NCBI GenBank assembly: GCA_035502185.1
Contig: DATJUT010000031.1
Coordinates: forward strand, 155,899 to 219,898
From: Gemmatimonadales bacterium
GTDB lineage: Bacteria > Gemmatimonadota > Gemmatimonadetes > Gemmatimonadales > JACORV01
Direction: 5' to 3'
DNA: 64,000 nt
The notes under the pieces are model-generated. The model did no database searches, was not told the origin of the DNA, and was given only the letters and a program-made list of their open reading frames with translations. The position numbers and the translations under genes were made by a program. The number at the start of each line of letters is the position of its first letter. Position 1 is the stretch's first letter. Positions 36,164-44,380 of this stretch are shown one piece after another.

Positions 36164-38500
36164 TCAGCGGTGGGCGCTCCTGATGGCGTTGAACAGGAGC
36201 GGGTAGGTCGCAAGGCTCTGGCCGCGATACTGCGGCCGGAAGCCGAACAGGATCACCCGGCCGCGGCCCCGCCGCACCTCCACCATTGCCGCCTTGCCCG
36301 CCAGTCGTGCGGCGCCGAGCAGCCAGCCCGACAGCAGGACGTCACCGGGTTCGTCCGGATACCGTGCCACGACGCGCACTCGCAGTGGATCGCGTACCTC
36401 GAACGCGGGCCCGTCCTCGAACCACGCGATGGTCTGATTCGGCATGCCGGCCGCCAACGGGTCGTCGGGGTCGAGGAGCAGGCGCAGAATGCTCCCCGGG
36501 CCGTAGAAGTCCTGCGGCGAGAGATCCAGCAGGGCGTCCGAGACCGGCAGATCCAGTGCCCCGATGGCGAAGTCACAACTCTGGTCGAGGGCGATCAGGG
36601 TCCCGCCACCATCGACGAAGTCGCGCAGCGCCTGCACGCCGGCCGCCCCCATGCCACCCGCCACGTGCGCCGGATAACGGTCGGCGGGAAGGCCGCTCAG
36701 CAGGGCCGCAGGCTCCTGGCTCGGCAGGATGACGGCGTCGAACCGGTCCCCGAGTTTGCCGGCCCGGACCTCGGAGTCCGCAAGCGCCAAGTACGGGATC
36801 TTCCAGGTATCGAAGACCCAGCGGGTCCAGCCCTCGTCGTCCGGGGCCGCGTACGAGCGGTAGACGCCGATTCGCGGGGCCGCGCCTCCGGGCCGGAATG
36901 CCGACGGCTCGCTCGACAGCCCGGGCGCCGTGAACGAGGGCGGCGCCGCGGTGATCGGCGCCGACAGCGCGACCGGCAGGGACTCGGCCACGGCGAGCGC
37001 GCGCACGCCCAACAGGAGCGAGAGCGTATGTGCGGTCACGTCGTACGGGCGTCGCGGGGGGCCGCCCGGGTACTCACGCAGGTCCGGATACGTCTGTCGC
37101 TCCAGCACCGCCTTGGCGAAGGCCGCGTAGGGTTGTCGGAGCAGGATGACGTAGCTGCCCGGAAAGAACCGCTCGCGGCCGATGGTGAAGGAGCCGAGCG
37201 CGGCCCGCACCTCCACCTGCGCATGGCGGAAGATCTCGAGCAGCGTGCTCAAGGCGAGGGGGTTCTGTCCCGCGGCCGGAATCACGAACGCGTACGGCCA
37301 GCCACTCCAGCCGTGCACGGCGTGCTCGGCCACCTGCAGCCCGTCTCGCAGCCAACGTTCGCGGTCGTTTGCCACGGCGGCGAGCAGGGCCATCGTGCTC
37401 GCCGTCTGGTAGCGGACGATGTCGGCGAGGCCCCACCTGCCGGCAGGCCAGGGCGCCACGAGGTTCCAGCTGGCGACCCGCGGGTCGACGCCGGGCGCCG
37501 CTCGCAGGCTGTCCACCGACTCCGTGATCGGGCTGGCCAGGTCGGCGCTCGCCGTCTCGCTGAGAATGCGCACGGCTCCGTGGTAATGCTGGAAGGCCCG
37601 GCCCGGCGACCACGCGTCGTACAACGCGTTGACCGCGACGCCGCTGAAGCCGTCGGCCGTCATGCGCCACGCAATGGCGAGGCCCAGGGCGTTGTCGCCC
37701 GCGACCAGCAACGGATCGACGTTGGGCTCGACGGGATCGAGATACGGCGGAATGAAGATCCGGGGGCCGTTCCGCCCCTGCTGGTGCAGGTCGAGCGTGA
37801 CCTGCGGGTGCCATACGTCGTAGAGGCTGTCGACGACGAGCCGCGTTTCGACCTGGGTGAAAGCGTACCAGTCGCGGTTGTCGTCGTGCCCGCTGTAGCG
37901 ATTGAAGAGCTCCGGCGGGCTGGTGCCCTCGGCGGGGGTGCCGAGCGTCTGTGCGTACCAGTGCGAGACGATCGGGACCCCGTCCGGGTTAAGTGACGGC
38001 ACGAGGATGACGACCGTGCGGTCGAGAATGGCGCGAATCTCCGCCGACGTTCCGGAGGCCAGCCGGTACGCCACTTCCAGGGGCGTGAACCAGCCACCGA
38101 CCTCGGTGGAGTGGATCCCCGAGGTCACGAGCACGAACACCCGGCCGTGCCGGACGAGCCGTTCGACGGCGGCCGGGCTGCGGAGCTGGCGTGGGTCGGC
38201 CAGTAAGCGCTGGATCGCGCCCAGCGGCCCCAGTCGGGCGAGGTTGGCCGGACTTGAAATGAACGCGACGATGAAGGGGGCGCCGTTGGTGGTGCGCCCG
38301 ATCTCGCGGACCGCGACCCGATCGCTCGCCCCCTGGAGCGCCCGGAAGTAGGCGACGACGGGGTCCCAGTCCGCGAGCCGGCGGTCGGTGCCTGGCTCGA
38401 AGCCAAGCACCGACGCGGGCGTGGGCACGGCGAGACGCTGGGCCCCGGCAGGAGCCGCGGCGGCGAGCGTCACGCAGGCGACGAGAACGGCACGGCGCAT
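36164..38500 (-). CDS. Secreted M14-family zinc carboxypeptidase-like protein with a large C-terminal extension
   Basis: Signal peptide MRRAVLVACVTLAAAAPAGAQ, HxxE zinc motif GIHSTEVGG, and NPDG. 778 aa. Confidence 0.8.
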   Translation of the reverse strand: MRRAVLVACVTLAAAAPAGAQRLAVPTPASVLGFEPGTDRRLADWDPVVAYFRALQGASDRVAVREIGRTTNGAPFIVAFISSPANLARLGPLGAIQRLLADPRQLRSPAAVERLVRHGRVFVLVTSGIHSTEVGGWFTPLEVAYRLASGTSAEIRAILDRTVVILVPSLNPDGVPIVSHWYAQTLGTPAEGTSPPELFNRYSGHDDNRDWYAFTQVETRLVVDSLYDVWHPQVTLDLHQQGRNGPRIFIPPYLDPVEPNVDPLLVAGDNALGLAIAWRMTADGFSGVAVNALYDAWSPGRAFQHYHGAVRILSETASADLASPITESVDSLRAAPGVDPRVASWNLVAPWPAGRWGLADIVRYQTASTMALLAAVANDRERWLRDGLQVAEHAVHGWSGWPYAFVIPAAGQNPLALSTLLEIFRHAQVEVRAALGSFTIGRERFFPGSYVILLRQPYAAFAKAVLERQTYPDLREYPGGPPRRPYDVTAHTLSLLLGVRALAVAESLPVALSAPITAAPPSFTAPGLSSEPSAFRPGGAAPRIGVYRSYAAPDDEGWTRWVFDTWKIPYLALADSEVRAGKLGDRFDAVILPSQEPAALLSGLPADRYPAHVAGGMGAAGVQALRDFVDGGGTLIALDQSCDFAIGALDLPVSDALLDLSPQDFYGPGSILRLLLDPDDPLAAGMPNQTIAWFEDGPAFEVRDPLRVRVVARYPDEPGDVLLSGWLLGAARLAGKAAMVEVRRGRGRVILFGFRPQYRGQSLATYPLLFNAIRSAHR

Positions 38501-38611
38501 GGCGGTGGATCCCGGAAGGGGGGACCAGGAGCCCGATCCGATCAGCCGGGATGGGTTTCGAAACTAAGCGGGTGTGTCGGCGGGGACCACCCCGATCGAG
38601 CGAGGAAGCGA

Positions 38612-38645
38612 CGAGCCCCGTCCCGATGTTCCGGGACGGGGCTCG
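38612..38645 (-). terminator. 14-bp GC-rich hairpin downstream of the OmpA-family gene
   Basis: CGAGCCCCGTCCCG (38612-38625) pairs perfectly with CGGGACGGGGCTCG (38632-38645) across a 6-nt loop. It starts 26 nt after the stop at 38671. There is no clear U-tract. Confidence 0.55.
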
Positions 38646-38670
38646 CCGGTGCCGATCTACGCGCGACGAA

Positions 38671-40500
38671 CTACTGCAGCCGCTTGATTTCGACGCGCAT
38701 GTTCTGGGCGCGGCCCGCGGCCGTCTTGTTGCTGGCCACAGGATGCGCCGCGCCGTAGCCGACCGCCGTCAACGAGGCGGCGGGGACGCCCTTGCTCACC
38801 AGATACGTCACTACGGCCCTCGCGCGCTGCTGAGAGAGGCGCAGGTTGCGCGCGGCGGTGCCGACGCTGCTGGTGTAGCCCGCGACTTCCCACTTCGCGT
38901 TCGAGGTCGCCTGGATGGCGATCGCGATCTTGTCGAGGTCCGCCATTGCCGCCGGCAGCAGCACCGCGCGGTTCGGACGGAAGGTCACGTTCTTCAGGAT
39001 CATGGCCGCGCCCGCGGTGGGCAGCGTCGGCAACTCGACGGGCGGAGCACCCTTCGGAGCGATGACGACGGTGACCGTCGCGCTCCCGCTCTTCCCGTCC
39101 ACGGCGGCGGTGACGTGCGCCGCGCCGTTCGCCACGCCCGTCGCCAGCCCGGTCGGGCTCACGGTGGCCACACCCGTCGCATCACTGGTCCAGGTGAAGG
39201 TCCTGGCTGCGATCGGCCGGCCGTTGGCATCCATCGCCTGCGCCGAGAGCTGCGCCGTGGCGCCGGCGGCGGAAATCTGAGCGGTCGCTGGAGTGACCGC
39301 GACCGTCGCGGTCGTCTGAGCAACCGTGACGTTCACCGAGCCGCTCTTGCTGCCGGACGTCGCCGTGATCCGGGCCGTACCGTTGGCCACGGCCGTTACG
39401 ACGCCCGCCGCATCCACCGTCGCCACCTTCGTATCGCTGCTGGCCCAGGTGAACGTGGGAGCGTTGAGCGGGTTGTTGTTGGCGTCACGCGCGGCTGCGG
39501 TGAACGCCTGGGTGGCGCCGATCGCGTTGATCGTCGCCATCGCCGGAGTCACCGCCACGGCCGCGGCCGTCCGGGCGACGGTCACGTTCGTCGTCCCCGT
39601 GACGCCCTCGCTCGTGGCGCTGATCGTCGCGGCGCCGTCACGCACCGCTGTCACCACGCCGGCGGCGGAGACCGTCACGGCGGGGTTGTTGCTCGTCCAG
39701 CGGATGACCTTGCCGGTCATCGGGTTGCCCTTCTGATCGAGCGCCCGGGCCGCGAGCTGCTGGGTCTGGCCGAGCGACGTCAGCGTGGCCACGCCAGGCG
39801 TCACGTTGACGCGGGTCAGGACCTTGCGGCCGCCGAGGAACCAGGACAGGCCGACGGTGGCGGCGCCGGTCGGGATGGACCCGATGGCGGACTCCTTGAA
39901 GTTCTCGTACCCGATCCGGCCCTCGATCCGGAGCGCCACGGCCTCGCCGATCATGTGGCGGACGCCGACGCCGACATGGCCGCCGTACTGGGCCGTGACG
40001 TGGGTGCCGCTGGCGGCGGCGTAGGTGCCGCTGGCGCCGACGGTCAGGAACGGGCTGGTGACCTTGTTGATGTCCGGCGTCCAGGTGAGGGCCGCGAAGG
40101 GCTGGACGAACGTCAGGGACGGCGTCGCGCCCGACGAGGAGGCGAAGCCGACACCCGAGCCGACGCTGATGTCCCAGCTCTTGTTCAGGTGGTACCCCAG
40201 CCGGAGCGCGCCGCCGGGCACGACCTGGCTAGCAGGGCTGAGCTTCTTGTCGAAGTACAGAATGCCGGCGCCCGCGCTCAACTCCCAGCTGCCTTCGCGG
40301 TGAGCGGCGGGCATGGCGGGCTTGACTACCGGTGCGGGCGCCGGATGCTGCGCGGGCGCGGCCGCAGGGCGCTGAGCCGGCTGCTGCGCTGGAGGCTTGG
40401 CGGGCTGAGCCGGTGGCTGCGCCGGGCGTTGCTGGGCGAGCAGCAGCGTCGGCACGAACGCGGCCAACGCTCCTGCGGCCAACAGAACTCGCTTACCCAT
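38671..40500 (-). CDS. OmpA-family outer membrane protein: signal peptide, PAQ-rich linker, beta-barrel, 3x Big_2, OmpA C-terminal domain
   Basis: ATG 40500 (MGKRVLLAAGALAAFVPTLLLAQQ). Alternating barrel-like strands, three bacterial Ig-like group 2 repeats, and the C-terminal peptidoglycan-binding motif NVTFRPNRAVL...GYTSSVGTAARNLRLSQQRA...VGYGAAHPVASN. Confidence 0.88.
   Translation of the reverse strand: MGKRVLLAAGALAAFVPTLLLAQQRPAQPPAQPAKPPAQQPAQRPAAAPAQHPAPAPVVKPAMPAAHREGSWELSAGAGILYFDKKLSPASQVVPGGALRLGYHLNKSWDISVGSGVGFASSSGATPSLTFVQPFAALTWTPDINKVTSPFLTVGASGTYAAASGTHVTAQYGGHVGVGVRHMIGEAVALRIEGRIGYENFKESAIGSIPTGAATVGLSWFLGGRKVLTRVNVTPGVATLTSLGQTQQLAARALDQKGNPMTGKVIRWTSNNPAVTVSAAGVVTAVRDGAATISATSEGVTGTTNVTVARTAAAVAVTPAMATINAIGATQAFTAAARDANNNPLNAPTFTWASSDTKVATVDAAGVVTAVANGTARITATSGSKSGSVNVTVAQTTATVAVTPATAQISAAGATAQLSAQAMDANGRPIAARTFTWTSDATGVATVSPTGLATGVANGAAHVTAAVDGKSGSATVTVVIAPKGAPPVELPTLPTAGAAMILKNVTFRPNRAVLLPAAMADLDKIAIAIQATSNAKWEVAGYTSSVGTAARNLRLSQQRARAVVTYLVSKGVPAASLTAVGYGAAHPVASNKTAAGRAQNMRVEIKRLQ
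39064..39810 (-). repeat. Three tandem Big_2 (bacterial Ig-like) coding repeats of about 79-85 codons
   Basis: Protein repeats VxVTPxxAxxxxxGxTxQxxAxAxDxxGxP...FTWxSSxxxVATV...GxxTxVxxGxAxxTAT...SGSxxVTV at residues 231-309, 316-394 and 401-479. Confidence 0.8.
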
Positions 40501-40767
40501 GATGCATCTCCTAGCGGAAGTTTGTCCGGGCCGCGCCAGGCGCTCGCATGTCGCGAGCCCAAGAGTGCCCCGAGACTCAGCGTGGGCGACGACCGAAGGC
40601 GATGGCGCGTGGAGCGCCGCTGCAGCGAGGACCTTCGCCGTCGCTCCGAGGAACGACAAACGCGGTCGCCACGGCCTCGACCTTGCGTGCGCGGGGTCTG
40701 GCGGCCGCCGGAGTCCCGACAATCTTGGCGCGTCGGCTGGGGATGCGCAACCCCGAGGCTCCGGCCA

Positions 40768-42867
40768 CTACCCCTGGACGAATCGGGTCGCCGCGCCCAG
40801 GCGTTCCGCGCTCGCCGAAAGCTCCAGGGCGCTCTGGGACAGGTCCTCGATGGCTTTGAGCTGCTCGGCGGCGGCGGCGGCCACCACCTTGGCCTCGCTG
40901 GCGGAGGCGGACGCGGCCGCCTTGACCTCCGACAGCACCGCTTGCATTTCGGCGGTCCGCTCGGCGTTGCGGCGCGGAAACTCCACCATCCGCTTCGACA
41001 GGTGGGCGAGCGTCTCCGCCGCCCGCACGATGCCCTCCAGCTCGGCGATCCACCGGCTGGCCGCGGCGGTGACGTCGCCGATCTCCCGGCGCATCTGCTC
41101 CAGCAGCTGCGCCGCGCGATCGATGACGCGGCGGGTCTCGCCCGTGGTCTGGCCCGCCTGTTTCGCCTCCTTCGCGCTCTCCTCCGCGAGCCGGCGCACC
41201 TCGTCGGCCACGACCGCGAACCCGGCGCCGTGCTGTCCCGCCCGCGCTGCCTCGATCGTGGCGTTGAGCGCCAGCATGTTGGTCTGGCTGGCGATGGCGC
41301 CGATGGTCTCGGCGAACCGTACCACCTGCTCGGAGGCCTCACGGAGCCGGCCGACCTCGGCCACGCTCTGCTCGACGGTGCTGCCGATGCGCTCGAGGTT
41401 GGCCTTGGTGGCGGCCGTGGCCGAGCGCACGGCCTGGGCCGCCCGCTCCATCTCCTGGGCGGACCGATGCGTCTCCTCCCCCGCCAGGGCCGCGTCGTGG
41501 GCCGCGGCTCTCAGGTCGACCATCGCCGCCTCGGCCCGCGCCACGTGTTCCGTGGCGTTCGCGGCGCCCCCCTCCGCGCCGTGCGCCGCCGCGGCGACCT
41601 CCTCCGAGCTGGCGTGGATCTCCTGGCTCGTGGCCGTCACGTGCTCCACGTAGCCGGCCGTCTGCTGCGAGGACTCGACCAGAGGCTCGAGGACTCCGTG
41701 CACTGCCAGGGCCAGCGCGAGCTGCGGCGCCACCAGGTTCAGGATGTCGGCGTCCGCCCCGCGGTAGATGTCGCCATCGGCGTGGCGGATGCTCCAGGCG
41801 CCGACGAGGTTGTCGCCCTGGTACAGGGGGACCAGGATCTCGGAGCCGGCCGCGTCCTCGCCGCCCTCCGGTTGATGCCCCAATTCGGCGGACACAACGG
41901 GCTTGCGGCGCCGCAGGGCCTCCGCCACCAGACCGCGGTCGCCGGGAATGCGGTAGCCCGGGGCGCGCTCGGGCGCGGTGTCGACGACCTGCACAAGCTC
42001 CTGTCGGTCCGCGTCCCAGCGGGCCACGCCCATATGATCCCAGGGCACCAGGCGCCGCGTGAGGTCCCGAATGACGCCGAAGCTCCGCACGAGATTGACA
42101 TCGCTGGCGATGGCTCGCGCCAGCCGCTCGACCAGTCCCAGTTCGTCCGCGCGGATTCCCTTGTGCAGGAGCCAGTGGGCGAGCACCAGCAGGCCGATCA
42201 GCACGAGGCAGACGACCACGGCCAGCAGCGCCGGGATGTCCGCTTCCACGACTTCGACCCAGGCGAGCGCCAGGGCGGCGCTCAGAAGGTAGACGACGGA
42301 CTCCCAGCGCAGCGTCAGCCGCGCGTCCACCCAGGCCAAGCTCTCCGACAGCGCCAGTTCCGCGTAGAACGTGCCGTTCACGACCAGCGGAAGCCCCACC
42401 GCGAGGAACGCGAGCGGGGGGACGTTCGGTGCAGCGAGCGCGCCGGCCCCGTAGACGCCACCCAGGCGCTCGTAGATGACGCCCACGACGGCGGCACCGA
42501 ACGTGAGGTGGCTCGCGTTGGCCACGGCGGCACGGAGCTGCAGCCGGCGCAGCGGAAGGTCGCCGGCCAGCATGCCCAGCGGCGAAACCAGAACGCCCCA
42601 GCCCCAACCGCGGTGCAGGATGGCGAACAGCACCACACCCAGGACGAAGGACGAAAACCCCTTGCCGGGAAGCGCGAGGCCGTAGCGCCGGGTGGCCGCC
42701 GCGAAGCTGACCAGAAAGACGTACTCGAGAACCGGGAACGGGTGGGGGAAGTCCCCGGTGAGGATCACGTAGGCGAGCGCGGCGAGGGCGAACAGATCGA
42801 CGCCGACGCGGAGGACCTGCTCGGCGCTGCGCGAGTGCCTGGCTGTCTGCTCGTCGCTCAAGTCCAT
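40768..42867 (-). CDS. Methyl-accepting chemotaxis protein-like receptor: polytopic N-terminal membrane domain, GAF-like domain, MCP signalling domain
   Basis: About 8 N-terminal helices and a central GAF-like region ([17 protein letters not shown]). Conserved MCP hairpin tip [46 protein letters not shown] lies before ATG 42867. Confidence 0.9.
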   Translation of the reverse strand: MDLSDEQTARHSRSAEQVLRVGVDLFALAALAYVILTGDFPHPFPVLEYVFLVSFAAATRRYGLALPGKGFSSFVLGVVLFAILHRGWGWGVLVSPLGMLAGDLPLRRLQLRAAVANASHLTFGAAVVGVIYERLGGVYGAGALAAPNVPPLAFLAVGLPLVVNGTFYAELALSESLAWVDARLTLRWESVVYLLSAALALAWVEVVEADIPALLAVVVCLVLIGLLVLAHWLLHKGIRADELGLVERLARAIASDVNLVRSFGVIRDLTRRLVPWDHMGVARWDADRQELVQVVDTAPERAPGYRIPGDRGLVAEALRRRKPVVSAELGHQPEGGEDAAGSEILVPLYQGDNLVGAWSIRHADGDIYRGADADILNLVAPQLALALAVHGVLEPLVESSQQTAGYVEHVTATSQEIHASSEEVAAAAHGAEGGAANATEHVARAEAAMVDLRAAAHDAALAGEETHRSAQEMERAAQAVRSATAATKANLERIGSTVEQSVAEVGRLREASEQVVRFAETIGAIASQTNMLALNATIEAARAGQHGAGFAVVADEVRRLAEESAKEAKQAGQTTGETRRVIDRAAQLLEQMRREIGDVTAAASRWIAELEGIVRAAETLAHLSKRMVEFPRRNAERTAEMQAVLSEVKAAASASASEAKVVAAAAAEQLKAIEDLSQSALELSASAERLGAATRFVQG

Positions 42868-42887
42868 GCCTCCCGTGAGCCCATCGT

Positions 42888-42905
42888 ACTGACTGATCAG
42901 TCAGT
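42888..42905. promoter_or_regulatory. Perfect 18-bp palindrome ACTGACTGATCAGTCAGT (copy 1), candidate TetR operator
   Basis: Read directly from the sequence and identical to 47448-47465. It lies 20 nt upstream of the MCP-like ATG, in the divergent region shared with the SelW-like/pfk unit. Confidence 0.6.
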
Positions 42906-43074
42906 CACTGCCGCTCGCCCGCGGCAGGCCTGGAGGCCTGCCTGGGGCGCGGGTCACCGTCGCGGCCTCGGAGCGTGCCCACGGTATGATCTCTTGGCTC
43001 GAACGTCAAGCAGCGGACTGTCGCGCCGGCACGCGGCGTGCTACAGTCCGTCGCGGCATTGACCGGGAGGCCAG

Positions 43075-43302
43075 GTGAAGATCAGCATCGAATACTGCGT
43101 CGTTTGACACTACGAATCGCGGGCCGCCGGTCTGGCGGCCGAGATTCGGCGTACTTTCCCCCCCGCCGAGGTGGTCATGATGCCATCCTCCGGCGGCGTA
43201 TTCGAGGTCATGGTGGACGGCAAGCTCGTCTTCTCCAAGAAGGCGTTGAACCGACACGCGGAGCCGGGTGAGGTCCTGGAACTGATCCGCCAGTGCGCAT
43301 AG
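43075..43302 (+). CDS. SelW/Rdx-family thioredoxin-fold protein with in-frame TGA (43105-43107) at the CxxU position; probable selenoprotein
   Basis: GGGAGG at 43065-43070, then GTG 43075. Translation: VKISIEYCVV-U-HYESRAAGLAAEIRRTFPPAEVVMMPSSGGVFEVMVDGKLVFSKKALNRHAEPGEVLELIRQCA. Family-like sequence lies on both sides of the TGA. A SECIS-like hairpin follows. The stop overlaps the pfk start. Confidence 0.72.
43114..43147 (+). ncRNA. Bacterial SECIS-like stem-loop within the SelW-like mRNA
   Basis: Lower stem GAAUC/GAUUC (43114-43118 / 43143-43147), two further pairs (C43120-G43141 and G43122-C43140), and upper stem GCCGCC/GGCGGC (43123-43128 / 43134-43139). The apical loop is GGUCU (43129-43133). 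The loop G lies 24 nt from the U of UGA. Confidence 0.6.
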
Positions 43303-44375
43303 CGCTTTCCACCGGCGGCGGCGACGCGCCGGGCCTCAACGCGGTCATCCGGGGCGCGGTGCTCTCGGCCGTGCACCGGGGCTGGGCCGTGTACGGGATT
43401 CAGCGCGGCTTCGGCGGGTTGTTGGGGCAGGACCGGGTCGTGGCCCTGGGCCCCGACGAGGTGCGCGGCATCACGCACGTCGGTGGGACTATTCTCGGCA
43501 CCACCAACCGCGACAGTCCGTTCAAGTACCCGGTCCGCCAGCCGGATGGCACGATGAAGGAGGTCGACCGCTCCGATGAGCTGCTGGCGGCGTTTCGCGC
43601 GCACGGGTTCGATGCCCTGATCACCATCGGGGGTGACGGCAGCCTCAACATCGCCCAACAACTGTATGCGAAGGGCCTGCCGGTCGTCGGTGTCCCCAAG
43701 ACGATCGACAACGACGTCGGCGGGACGCAGGCCACCTTCGGGTTCGATACCGCGGTGTCGACGGCGACCGACGCGCTGGACAAGGTGCATTCGACCGCCG
43801 AGAGCCACAGTCGGGTGATGGTGGTCGAGGTGATGGGACGGTACGCCGGCTGGATCGCGCTGCATTCCGGCGTGTCCGGCAGCGCGGACGTGATCCTGAT
43901 TCCGGAGATTCCGTTCGACATCGAGAGCGTCTGTCGAAAGGTGAAGGAGCGCGAAGCACGGGGCCGGCGGTTCAGCATCGTGGTCGTCGCCGAGGGAGCG
44001 CTGCCCAAGGGTGGCTCGCGGGCCCTCAAGGGGCCGGCGGCGGCCGGAGGTGGAATGGAGCGGCTCGGCGGGATCGGCGAGCTGGTGGCGCGCGAGATCG
44101 AGCAGCGGACCGGCAAGGAGACACGGTCGCTGACGCTCGGTCACCTGCAGCGGGGCGGCACGCCGACCACGTTCGACCGCCTCCTGGCCCTGCGCTTCGG
44201 TGCCGCGGCGGTCCGTTGCGTCGCCAACAAGGTATTCGGCGTCATGGTCGCCTACCTGCCGCCCACGGTCGGGTATGTGCCCCTCAAGGACGCCCTGTCA
44301 CAGCCCAAGGTCGTACCCTTGGACTCCGATACGGTGTCCACGGCGCGCGAACTCGGCATCTGCCTGGGTGACTGA
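43293..44375 (+). CDS. pfk: 6-phosphofructokinase (ATP- or PPi-dependent)
   Basis: GGGDAPGLNAVIRG, TIGGDGSLNIA, PKTIDNDV, and VEVMGRYAGWIA motifs. Confidence 0.93.
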   Translation: MRIALSTGGGDAPGLNAVIRGAVLSAVHRGWAVYGIQRGFGGLLGQDRVVALGPDEVRGITHVGGTILGTTNRDSPFKYPVRQPDGTMKEVDRSDELLAAFRAHGFDALITIGGDGSLNIAQQLYAKGLPVVGVPKTIDNDVGGTQATFGFDTAVSTATDALDKVHSTAESHSRVMVVEVMGRYAGWIALHSGVSGSADVILIPEIPFDIESVCRKVKEREARGRRFSIVVVAEGALPKGGSRALKGPAAAGGGMERLGGIGELVAREIEQRTGKETRSLTLGHLQRGGTPTTFDRLLALRFGAAAVRCVANKVFGVMVAYLPPTVGYVPLKDALSQPKVVPLDSDTVSTARELGICLGD

Positions 44376-44380
44376 GGCCG

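Noticed and set aside
38555-38564. A perfect 10-bp palindrome GTTTCGAAAC in the promoter region of the M14 peptidase gene.
   Set aside because: Ten-bp palindromes are expected many times by chance in 64 kb. I saw no second copy or partner regulator.
38551-43062. A 1503-aa plus-strand ORF, the longest in the window.
   Set aside because: It runs antisense to the OmpA/Big_2 and MCP-like genes, which are in the same reading frame as each other. It is extremely Arg/Gly/Asp/Ala-rich with no recognisable motif, as expected for a stop-poor shadow frame in 70% GC DNA. The minus-strand genes have clear domain signatures.
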